Positions 38,172 through 46,157 of a stretch of 64,000 nt of DNA are shown piece by piece. A program made the position numbers and the translations under genes. Each line of letters starts with the position of its first letter. The first letter of the stretch is position 1. Below the pieces are notes generated by a model. It was given only the letters and a program-made list of their open reading frames with translations. It did not search any database and had not been told where the DNA came from. This DNA is from Steroidobacteraceae bacterium. Its GTDB lineage: Bacteria > Pseudomonadota > Gammaproteobacteria > Steroidobacterales > Steroidobacteraceae. The DNA is taken from contig OZ257256.1 of NCBI GenBank assembly GCA_965279665.1, forward strand, positions 1,475,871 to 1,539,870. The letters are read 5' to 3'.

Positions 38172-39059
38172 ATGCAAACACCGCTGATCAGTCGAGCCAT
38201 CTGGCATCTTCATCGCACGCCCGCTGCGGCAATGCTGAAGCAGGCGCTGCGCCTGGCGCATGGCGGCGCATGTCGCCAACGTCGCGCACTGCTTTCGCAG
38301 CTTCCTAGCGACCCGGTGATTAGCGCGTTGGCCAAGTCCCTTGATGACGAAGGGCACGTCATGCTGAGTCCCGTTGCTGATCCAGCGCTCCTTCAGACGC
38401 TTTGGCGTCATGGTGTGGACAAGCTCCAGCGCCGTGAGCATCTTGCGCAGAGCCAGGCCACCAAACACAAGAGTTTCTGGGTTCGCTTGTCTGACGAAGA
38501 CGTCGTCGATGGTCAGTTCGATGTCGGCAACCCCATGGTGCGCTTCGCGCTGCAACCGAGAATTCTTGCGGTGATAGCGCAGGCTTTCGGAGAAGTGCCG
38601 CAGTTATCGGACGTGCTGATGTCGCTATCATCTGATTCCGATCCAGAACTGAAGTATTCTCAGCTCTGGCACAGGGATTACGACGATGTCAGGACCATAA
38701 AGCTTTTCTCGTACTTGACGGATGTGCTGTCTGAGGAAGACGGTCCATTCACATTCATTCCAGGCGCGGAGTCAGATCGTGTTCGTTTCACTACCAGAAC
38801 TCATTTGCCGGATGCGCAGTTGCTACGGAGCGGGGTCTTGCACCCCCGCTCCGTAAAGGCACCGCGCATGTCCGTGTTTGCCGTGGAGACTTCGCGTTGT
38901 CTGCACATGGGAAGCCGGATGGCGCCCGGACATGCGCGCCTGCTGTACACTGCGACATTCATCAGGTACCCGCGTCTTTACCCCGAGCCGCCGCCCCGAT
39001 TCCGGCTCGAGACGGCTGCCGACAATCTGACGCGAGCTGTGCTCACGGCCGGCCATTAG
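38172..39059 (+). CDS. hypothetical protein, possible Fe(II)/2-oxoglutarate dioxygenase (PhyH-like)
   Basis: 'LWHRDYDD' (HxD), 'IKLFSYLTDV..EDGPFTFIPG' and the distal 'RCLHMG' His resemble the PhyH facial triad. This is a by-eye assignment only. Confidence 0.4.
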   Translation: MQTPLISRAIWHLHRTPAAAMLKQALRLAHGGACRQRRALLSQLPSDPVISALAKSLDDEGHVMLSPVADPALLQTLWRHGVDKLQRREHLAQSQATKHKSFWVRLSDEDVVDGQFDVGNPMVRFALQPRILAVIAQAFGEVPQLSDVLMSLSSDSDPELKYSQLWHRDYDDVRTIKLFSYLTDVLSEEDGPFTFIPGAESDRVRFTTRTHLPDAQLLRSGVLHPRSVKAPRMSVFAVETSRCLHMGSRMAPGHARLLYTATFIRYPRLYPEPPPRFRLETAADNLTRAVLTAGH

Positions 39060-39080
39060 CCCTTCACCGAGAGCGCCGTA

Positions 39081-40472
39081 GTGCATCTTGGAGTCATCGT
39101 AGATCACCCGAAGCGCGACCTGCCCGGGGCAGTGATGTTGGCCGCGGCGCTTGTTCGCCGGGGCTGCCGCGCGAGCATCATTCCGCTCTATGAGCAGGGC
39201 GTAGACGTTCCGCTCCTTGGGCTGGATGCCCTGATTGTCACCTTCGCACGACCTGCGAATGTGGATCTCGTCGACGGCTACAAACGCATGGGCTTGCCGG
39301 TCTATGTGCTCGACACCGAGGGTGGCGTACTCACGGAGTCCGGTGCCAACTCGCCGGAGCAGCTTGCGCGGTATGTATCACGAAGCGGCTTTCGGGAGCT
39401 GCTGGCCGGCTATTTTTTCTGGGGCTCGCGAACCCGTGATGCGTTCGTCGCGGATTCCGGCATGCCAGCGCCCAGGTTGCGGACCACTGGCTGCCCTCGC
39501 TTCGACTACGCGAGCCCGCGATGGTGGGACCTGCTCGACTTCGAGTTACGCGACTACATCCTAGTCAATGCCAATTTTCCGCTGGTCAACCCGCTGTTTG
39601 TGCGCACGCCGGAAGAGGAGGTCGGATCTCTGGTGGCAGCCGGCTGGGATCGCCAGTACGTCACTCAAATGTTCGAAGATCTCAAGCGGATCATGTCGGG
39701 GTACGTTGCTTCCGTCTTGGAAATGGCGCGGCAGTTTCCCGATCTCACAGTTCTCGTCCGGCCGCATCCGTTCGAGCGCGCCCGGACCTACATCGATGCG
39801 TTCGCACAAGTCCCGAATATTCGGGTGGACGGGCGCGGAAGCGTCCTCAATGTCATCAGGAACGGCCGTTGCGTTGTGCACCTCAACTGCGGGACCTCGA
39901 TTGAGGCGACAATGCTTAGACGGCTGCCAGTTTCGCTCGAGTACCTCAATACGCCCCTGATGGCGAAGCACGGACCGCTGCCGAGCCGAATCAGTCTTCC
40001 GGTTCGTTCGGCGTCGGAGCTGTTCCATGTAGTAGCGAATCTAGAGAAACTGACGTCTGAATTTGCGTTCGAGCGGAACTACGGGGAAGAGATCAAGCCG
40101 TGGTTCCACGACAATGACGGTGCGGCCGCCGATCGCATCGTGGAGGCGGTGCTGGGCGACGTAGGTCGATGCGACCGTGGGCGCCACAGCATCGCATGGT
40201 CGCTGGGCAGCAGTCGGCGCAGAACGCGGCTTTCCCAAAGGATGCAGGCTCTCGCAGGGAATTTTCTTGGGTCGTCCACAACCTCTCGCTTGCGAGCACT
40301 GTCGAGTCCTGTGAGACAGGAAAAGCACTTTGGTCCGAGCACCGTCGCCGGCATGCTGGCGCGCATCGCAGCACACGAGTCGCGGCCGCCGCCCGTGTGT
40401 GTACACGCGCGTCACCCGTGGACCGGGCTCGCGCTGTCAACGGTGTCAGTGACACCAGGGCGCGGAGGATGA
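39081..40472 (+). CDS. hypothetical GT-B-like surface-carbohydrate biosynthesis protein (candidate ulosonic-acid transferase)
   Basis: GTG start. The N-terminus 'VIVDHPKRDLPGAVMLAAALVRRGCRASIIP' resembles the 'surface carbohydrate biosynthesis protein' families found next to nonulosonic-acid genes. 'VRPHPFE' and 'VVHLNCGTSIEA' look like a nucleotide-sugar-binding half. The C-terminal ~90 aa are Arg/Ser-rich. Confidence 0.4.
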   Translation: MHLGVIVDHPKRDLPGAVMLAAALVRRGCRASIIPLYEQGVDVPLLGLDALIVTFARPANVDLVDGYKRMGLPVYVLDTEGGVLTESGANSPEQLARYVSRSGFRELLAGYFFWGSRTRDAFVADSGMPAPRLRTTGCPRFDYASPRWWDLLDFELRDYILVNANFPLVNPLFVRTPEEEVGSLVAAGWDRQYVTQMFEDLKRIMSGYVASVLEMARQFPDLTVLVRPHPFERARTYIDAFAQVPNIRVDGRGSVLNVIRNGRCVVHLNCGTSIEATMLRRLPVSLEYLNTPLMAKHGPLPSRISLPVRSASELFHVVANLEKLTSEFAFERNYGEEIKPWFHDNDGAAADRIVEAVLGDVGRCDRGRHSIAWSLGSSRRRTRLSQRMQALAGNFLGSSTTSRLRALSSPVRQEKHFGPSTVAGMLARIAAHESRPPPVCVHARHPWTGLALSTVSVTPGRGG

Positions 40473-41848
40473 TCGTGGGTGCTGGTCCGACCATCGTTTT
40501 CACGACGCTGGCCCGCTATCAGACGGAGTTCTGGATTCGGATCGCCAGAGAGATGGCACAGAGCGGATATCGCGTCGCGTTCCTGTCCTTTGACGATCCG
40601 AGTACGGCGCAATTGCGTGCCGCGGGCCAGCGCGTGTATGGGCCGCCGAGGATCGACTACGAGCGCGACTATCCGCCAATTGACCTAGACAACCTGAACT
40701 TCTGGCTGTCACACGAGCGCTTCGTCTTCGGTGAGACACTGACGGCCAGGCTTGAGCGACGCCTGGCCGCCTACCTTCATTGCGCGCGAGAAGCTCTCGA
40801 GGAATTGCATCGCGAAGGGCCCGTCACGCTCGTCCAGGAAGTGGGAGGATTCCTTTCGGTCATCGCCAGTTTCTTCGCGGCGCGCGAACGCGGTATCGAT
40901 AACTGGTTCGTTGAGCCGGCCTTCTTTCGGGGGCGAGTGTTCCTAAATAGGAATTCCTTCGCTGCGCCTCGAATCACCGGGGCTTTGCCCGAGACGGTGA
41001 GTGTGCCCGTCGAGCGCTATTTGGCGGATACGATTGCGACCCAGTCGATCGTGGTGCCGCTCAAGGACCGACACCAGTATCGATCCGCTTCGCGCAAGGT
41101 ATTTAACCTGCGAAACGCAAAGCGGCTGGTAGAGAAGCTCGTTGACAAGCATGTGTTCCGCCGGCACATGGAGTTTGGGCACATCGGCCGCCATGCGTTC
41201 ACGCACCTCGCGATGGTGCGCAACAGCATTTCGATGCGGAGCAGCTACACTCCATTGTCCGAGGCTGGACCTTTCGTCTACTACCCCCTTCATGTTCCCG
41301 GGGACATGGCGCTCACACTGAGATCCCCGGAGTATCTGGATCAGTTGGCGCTCGTTGACTACCTCGCGAGAATCGTGCCTGCATCCCATCGCGTGGCGAT
41401 AAAGGAGCATCCGGCGATGATCGGCGCGCTCGATTCGACCCGCGTTCGCTCGCTGCTGCGACAGCACGACAACGTGGTCGTATTGCCTCCCGAGACCAAC
41501 AACTTCGACGTGCTCCGTGCGTCCACCGCGGTCGTCTCGGTGAACTCGAAATCCGGCGCAGAAGCAGCCTTGATCGGAAAGCGAGTGCTCGTACTCGGCG
41601 ACGCCTTCTACACGGAAGCCCCTATCGTCGAGACAGTGCGGAGACTGGCTGATCTCCCCGGAAGACTAGCTAGTTGTGTTGTGAACCCCCAGCCTCCTGC
41701 AGACGCTGTGACGGTCGCGAGGTACTTCGAGCTCGTGTGGCGCGGGTCATCGCCCGGCGAACTCTACGTAGGCTCGGAGTCGAGCGCGGCCACGTTTGCG
41801 CAGTCACTGAACGAGGCGATTCTCAGAGGCTCGAGCGGGGCGCATTGA
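40469..41848 (+). CDS. capsule polysaccharide biosynthesis protein (Capsule_synth family, KpsS/KpsC-like)
   Basis: The ATG at 40469 (GGAGG upstream, ATGA overlap) gives 'MIVGAGPTIVFTTLARYQTEFW'. 'VYYPLHVPGDMALTLRSPEY', 'VAIKEHPAMIG' and 'VVSVNSKSGAEAALIGKRVLVLGDAFY' match the KpsS/KpsC-type fold. Confidence 0.7.
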   Translation: MIVGAGPTIVFTTLARYQTEFWIRIAREMAQSGYRVAFLSFDDPSTAQLRAAGQRVYGPPRIDYERDYPPIDLDNLNFWLSHERFVFGETLTARLERRLAAYLHCAREALEELHREGPVTLVQEVGGFLSVIASFFAARERGIDNWFVEPAFFRGRVFLNRNSFAAPRITGALPETVSVPVERYLADTIATQSIVVPLKDRHQYRSASRKVFNLRNAKRLVEKLVDKHVFRRHMEFGHIGRHAFTHLAMVRNSISMRSSYTPLSEAGPFVYYPLHVPGDMALTLRSPEYLDQLALVDYLARIVPASHRVAIKEHPAMIGALDSTRVRSLLRQHDNVVVLPPETNNFDVLRASTAVVSVNSKSGAEAALIGKRVLVLGDAFYTEAPIVETVRRLADLPGRLASCVVNPQPPADAVTVARYFELVWRGSSPGELYVGSESSAATFAQSLNEAILRGSSGAH

Positions 41849-41849
41849 G

Positions 41850-43247
41850 ATGGCGTGGATCGGAGTCACGAGCGGATTGATGCTTCTCGCCTGGCTTTGG
41901 CGGTTCGTGCGTACGCGTCCGATTCTTGCAGTCGCCTTCTTCTTCATCTTTTTTCAGATCGTCCTGCGCACCAGCGCGTCAATATTCCTGGACGCATTCG
42001 GCCCCGTCTATGCCGTCGAGCTCGACGACGAGGTGGGCGGCACGGGCGCCACTCTCGGGTGGGCATTAGCGGTCGTGATCACGGTCCTGACGGTGGCGGC
42101 TTTCCTCTCTCCGCGTACCATTTCCCGAGGGCTGAAGCCTGCCGCTGGCCCGGCGTTGGATGAGGCGATAACGGTAGGAGATGTCGGCTTCTGGCTGGCG
42201 GCGCTTCTCGTATTTGCGCTCTACGCCGACATGATTGCCGGCGGCGTCATCCCGCTGCTAGAGGGGCTCGAGCGTTGGGAGTACACGGAACAGTACGCCG
42301 GTCCCGTGCATCGTTGGTTCTTCGAATTCGGCATTATCGTCGTGTTCGTTCTTGGCATGCTCAGCGTATATCCGCGCGCAATCGGTGGGCGTACCGATCT
42401 TCGATTCGTGGCCCTTCTTGGCGTGATATTTGTGTACTGCGTGCTGGCGGGGCACCGCTTCTCGATCTTCTATGCATTCGGCGCATACTTTCTGCTGCCG
42501 CGCGCCGTACTCTCGATGCCTGGTATTCCCGCTTCCGTCGAAGTGTCTGCTGCCTCACTTTGGATCCGGAGAGTGGCAGCTTCGCGGCTGGCCCGCTTCT
42601 CGGGAACTGCCGTCGCGATCGCGCTTGTAGCGTTCGCGCTGATCAATTCCCTATTGAACGTTCGCGGGTTCGCCCCGGCGCTGGCTCTCTTCTCCTTTGC
42701 ACAGCGCGTGCTTGTGCAGCCGCAGCAGATGTGGTTCGTGACTTGCGAGCGGGTGTTGACCAACGGGCAATACGACCCGGGTGCTGCGTTCGCATTCCTG
42801 TTCGACGACCCGATCGACCCGGAGCGAAATACGACGGTCCAGTATCTGATGGCGTTGGCGCTCGGCGAGCGCCGCGCCACCGAGATCATCGCGCAGGGAA
42901 TGCAGTACGCTGGTGGCTTCCCCGAGATCTTCTTCGAACTGGCGGGCCCCTATCTCGGCTGGCTGCTCGTCTTCCTGCTGGCGGTGTTTGTCGGCTCGCT
43001 GCTCAGGGGATTGTTGCGGGCCATCTTCGAAGGCCGGCTCCTGTCGGCATTTGCGATCCTGTACGTTCTCTTCGCCTTCTTTATCACCTACATCGGCGGG
43101 ATGCTGAATAATCTGGTCGCGGCGACCTTCTGGATCAAAGTCGCCTTCATGTTCGTGGTGCTCGCTCTGGAGCGGGGCAGCGATGGCAGGCCGCAACCCG
43201 TATTGCCTTGGGTACTGTGGGTGCCAAGACGAGTACTGCAGTCATGA
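41850..43247 (+). CDS. polytopic inner-membrane protein, candidate Wzy-type polymerase
   Basis: 465 aa with more than 10 hydrophobic segments and a large loop ('VQPQQMWFVTCERVLTNGQYDPG'). No other polymerase candidate lies in the locus. The assignment rests on context only. Confidence 0.45.
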   Translation: MAWIGVTSGLMLLAWLWRFVRTRPILAVAFFFIFFQIVLRTSASIFLDAFGPVYAVELDDEVGGTGATLGWALAVVITVLTVAAFLSPRTISRGLKPAAGPALDEAITVGDVGFWLAALLVFALYADMIAGGVIPLLEGLERWEYTEQYAGPVHRWFFEFGIIVVFVLGMLSVYPRAIGGRTDLRFVALLGVIFVYCVLAGHRFSIFYAFGAYFLLPRAVLSMPGIPASVEVSAASLWIRRVAASRLARFSGTAVAIALVAFALINSLLNVRGFAPALALFSFAQRVLVQPQQMWFVTCERVLTNGQYDPGAAFAFLFDDPIDPERNTTVQYLMALALGERRATEIIAQGMQYAGGFPEIFFELAGPYLGWLLVFLLAVFVGSLLRGLLRAIFEGRLLSAFAILYVLFAFFITYIGGMLNNLVAATFWIKVAFMFVVLALERGSDGRPQPVLPWVLWVPRRVLQS

Positions 43248-44011
43248 CCGCTGAGGCCCGCCAAGACCTCGTCTCGGTCGTCACTCCAGCTTGGCGCGCC
43301 TCCCGTTTCGTGGGCGAGACGATCCGCTCCGTCCAGGCGCAGGAACACGCGCACTGGGAAATGCTGGTCGTGGACGATTGCTCACCGGATGACACTGCAG
43401 CCGTTGTTGACAGCTTTGCAGAGCGCGATCCGCGTGTCCGTCTGATCCGGCAGCCTCGCAACGGCGGGCCTGCCGCTGCGCGCAATGCTGCGCTCGAGGC
43501 CGCGGCCGGCCGATACCTCGCGTTTCTCGATAGCGACGATCTCTGGCTGCCGGGAAAGTTATCGACTCAGCTGGCGTTCATGCGCAATGAGCGAGTCGCG
43601 CTCTCATATACCGAGTTCAGGCGAATCTCGGAGGATGGCGTGAGGACCGGCGATCGTGTGCAGGTTCCCCAGGCGCTGACGTATCGACAGTTGCTGTGCG
43701 ATACGTCGATCGCGACGTCGACTGTGATGATCGACCGGACGCTCGCCGGCGAGTTCCGGATGAAGAAGACGTACTACGACGATTTCGCCGCGTGGCTCGA
43801 GATCCTGCGTCGCGGCCACGTCGCGAGGGGCTTGCGGGAGGACCTTATGCGGTATCGCGTGGTTGGCAAGTCAGTCTCTCGGAACAAGCTGCGGTCTGCA
43901 GCCATGGTCTGGCGAGCCTATCGCGAAATCGAACACCTTGGTTTTCTCGATTCAAGCTGGTGCTTCCTGAACTATGCGATCCGTGGAACGCTCAAGTACC
44001 GTCGTTTCTGA
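43244..44011 (+). CDS. glycosyltransferase family 2
   Basis: ATGA overlap with the upstream gene. 'VSVVTPAWRASRF', 'VVDDCSPDDT' and 'FLDSDDLW' (DxD). Confidence 0.88.
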   Translation: MTAEARQDLVSVVTPAWRASRFVGETIRSVQAQEHAHWEMLVVDDCSPDDTAAVVDSFAERDPRVRLIRQPRNGGPAAARNAALEAAAGRYLAFLDSDDLWLPGKLSTQLAFMRNERVALSYTEFRRISEDGVRTGDRVQVPQALTYRQLLCDTSIATSTVMIDRTLAGEFRMKKTYYDDFAAWLEILRRGHVARGLREDLMRYRVVGKSVSRNKLRSAAMVWRAYREIEHLGFLDSSWCFLNYAIRGTLKYRRF

Positions 44012-44966
44012 TCGTTCGCGGGTCGCGGTGGTGACGGGCGCCCGCGGATTCGTCGGCGCACGGACCGTGCTTGCGCTGCGTGCCCGCGGTTGGCGCGTTC
44101 GAGCAGTGTCGCGTACCGCCCCGCAGGCGATAGCCGAGGGAGTGGACGGCGTATGCGTGCCGTGCCTCGAGGATCCGGCTGCATGGGACCGCGTGCTATC
44201 AGGGGCCGAGGTCATCGTGCACTGCGCAGGACTGGCACACGTCGCAGAGGCAGTCGCCGTCGAACGTCGCGACGCCTTCATGCGCGTAAACGTCGAGGGA
44301 ACTCTTTCACTCGCGTCCGCTGCCTTGCGGCAGGGCGTGAGGCGGATGGTGTTCGTGAGTTCGATCGGGGTCAACGGCAGTCGCACGGGGGATCGCCCGT
44401 TCAGCGAAGTCGATCCGCCCGATCCGAAGGGCGTATACGCCGATTCCAAGCTCAGGGCGGAAAGGGCTCTCAACGAGCTGGCACGCGATACTGCGCTCGA
44501 GACCGTGATCGTGAGGCCCTGTCTGGTTGTGGGACCCGGAGCGCCGGGCAACCTTGAGCGTCTCGTCTCTCTGCTGCGCCGGGGGCTTTGGATCCCGTTC
44601 GGTTCGGTCGACAATCGGCGAAGTCTGATCGGCGTCGATCGGCTCGCCGACCTTCTCGCAATCGCGGCGCAGCATCCGGCCGCAAATGGGCGCGTGTTTC
44701 TTGCCGCGCAGGACCCGCCCGTGTCGACGCCCGCCATCGTCCGCGCGCTCGCACGGGGGGCCGGACTCAAGCCGCGACTTGTCAGCGTTCCGGTGCCGAT
44801 GCTGCGCCTGCTTGGAACTCTGCTGGGGCGGCGCGTCGACATAGACCGTCTTTGTGATTCGCTCGAAGTCGACGCGTCGGCCGCGCGCGAACTGCTCGGC
44901 TGGACCTGCGATACATCCATCCTGAGCGAACTCGAGCGCGCCGCGGCAGTTCATCGCAATGTCTGA
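43974..44966 (+). CDS. NAD-dependent epimerase/dehydratase-family reductase (WbpK/WbpV-like 4-ketoreductase)
   Basis: 'VAVVTGARGFVGART', 'SSIGV' and 'YADSKLRAE' (YxxxK). It sits immediately before a WbpL-like gene, as in Pseudomonas O-antigen loci. The start is uncertain. Confidence 0.8.
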   Translation: MRSVERSSTVVSDRSRVAVVTGARGFVGARTVLALRARGWRVRAVSRTAPQAIAEGVDGVCVPCLEDPAAWDRVLSGAEVIVHCAGLAHVAEAVAVERRDAFMRVNVEGTLSLASAALRQGVRRMVFVSSIGVNGSRTGDRPFSEVDPPDPKGVYADSKLRAERALNELARDTALETVIVRPCLVVGPGAPGNLERLVSLLRRGLWIPFGSVDNRRSLIGVDRLADLLAIAAQHPAANGRVFLAAQDPPVSTPAIVRALARGAGLKPRLVSVPVPMLRLLGTLLGRRVDIDRLCDSLEVDASAARELLGWTCDTSILSELERAAAVHRNV

Positions 44967-45987
44967 TCTCGTTCTCGCAGCGTTGCTCTGCGCATTGAGC
45001 GTGCTGGCGTCGTGGGTGCTGACGGGCTTGATTCGCCGGCGCGCAATGCAGAGCGGAATGCTCGATCGCCCGAATGAACGCAGCTCGCACAACACGCCTA
45101 CGCCGCGCGGAGGAGGGCTCGCTGTTCTGATAGTGACGGGCGCCGGCATTGCAGTAGCTATCGCGATCGAGCTACTCCCGGCCGCGGTTGGGTTGGCAGT
45201 GTTGCCCGGGTACCTCGCGATAGGCTGGATCGGCTGGCGCGATGATCGGCAGGGCGTCCCCGCTTCGATACGTTTCGTCGTTCATCTCGCGTCTGCGGCC
45301 TGGCTGCTGGTCGTCATCGAGGCCACACTTGGCTCCGGCAATATGATCGCGTCGGTCCATGCGGTCGCGGTGGCGGGTTTCCTGTGGATCTCGATCGCAT
45401 GGGCCACCAATGTGTTCAATTTCATGGACGGCATCGACGGGATTGCCGGATCTCAGGGGATTTTCCTTGGAGCGGCCGGCGTCGGCATCGCGATTCTGCA
45501 GGGGCAACCGGGATTTGCGGTTCTCTGGGCAGTCGTCGCCGGAAGCTGCGCAGGATTCCTCGTCTGGAACTGGCCGCCCGCAAGAATCTTCATGGGCGAT
45601 GTCGGCAGCGGATCACTGGGCTTCCTGTGCGCGGCGCTGCCCGTCGTATCCGGTGGCGGTCGCCTGGATGCGATCTGGCCGTGGGTGATTCTGTGGAGCA
45701 CATTCGTCGTCGATGCGACGGTGACGTTGATTCGTCGGGCCATGCGCCGTGAGGCCGTCCACAAGGCGCACCGTAGCCACGCCTATCAGTGGATGTCGCG
45801 CCGCTGGAATTCTCATACGCGTGTCACGGTCTGTTTCATCTCGATCAATGTTCTCTGGGTCGCGCCGTTAGCGTACGTGGCGGCGCTTTGGCCGGCCCGA
45901 GGAATGGTTGCCGCCATGGGCTGTCTCGCTCCGCTGGTGGTGTTGGCGTTGATTGCTGGGGCCGGAAAATCCGAGACGTCGCCGTGA
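44959..45987 (+). CDS. wbpL: undecaprenyl-phosphate HexNAc-1-phosphate transferase (GT4/MraY-WecA family, WbpL-like initiating enzyme)
   Basis: 'DRPNERSSHNTPTPRGGGLAV', 'NVFNFMDGIDGIAG', and about 10 TM helices. Confidence 0.85.
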   Translation: MSDLVLAALLCALSVLASWVLTGLIRRRAMQSGMLDRPNERSSHNTPTPRGGGLAVLIVTGAGIAVAIAIELLPAAVGLAVLPGYLAIGWIGWRDDRQGVPASIRFVVHLASAAWLLVVIEATLGSGNMIASVHAVAVAGFLWISIAWATNVFNFMDGIDGIAGSQGIFLGAAGVGIAILQGQPGFAVLWAVVAGSCAGFLVWNWPPARIFMGDVGSGSLGFLCAALPVVSGGGRLDAIWPWVILWSTFVVDATVTLIRRAMRREAVHKAHRSHAYQWMSRRWNSHTRVTVCFISINVLWVAPLAYVAALWPARGMVAAMGCLAPLVVLALIAGAGKSETSP

Positions 45988-46060
45988 ACACTGTCTCCGA
46001 TGGGCGACAGTTCAGGGGAGCCCCCGACGCTGTCAACCGTCCAGCGGGGCCGCCGTTAAC

Positions 46061-46157
46061 TTGTTGTTGGATCTGACAATAAACGCATCAGGTTTTCCGT
46101 AGAATATTGACATAAGCACATTTGGTTGTTTAGCAACGCTTTTTTCAGGAGAGACGC
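46061..46157 (+). promoter_or_regulatory. AT-rich spacer with promoter-like hexamers upstream of the WbpM-like gene
   Basis: This is the only markedly AT-rich stretch in the locus. It contains cTGACA (46073-46078), TAGAAT (46100-46105) and TTGACA (46107-46112). AGGAGAG (46147-46153) precedes the GTG start at 46158. Confidence 0.4.
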
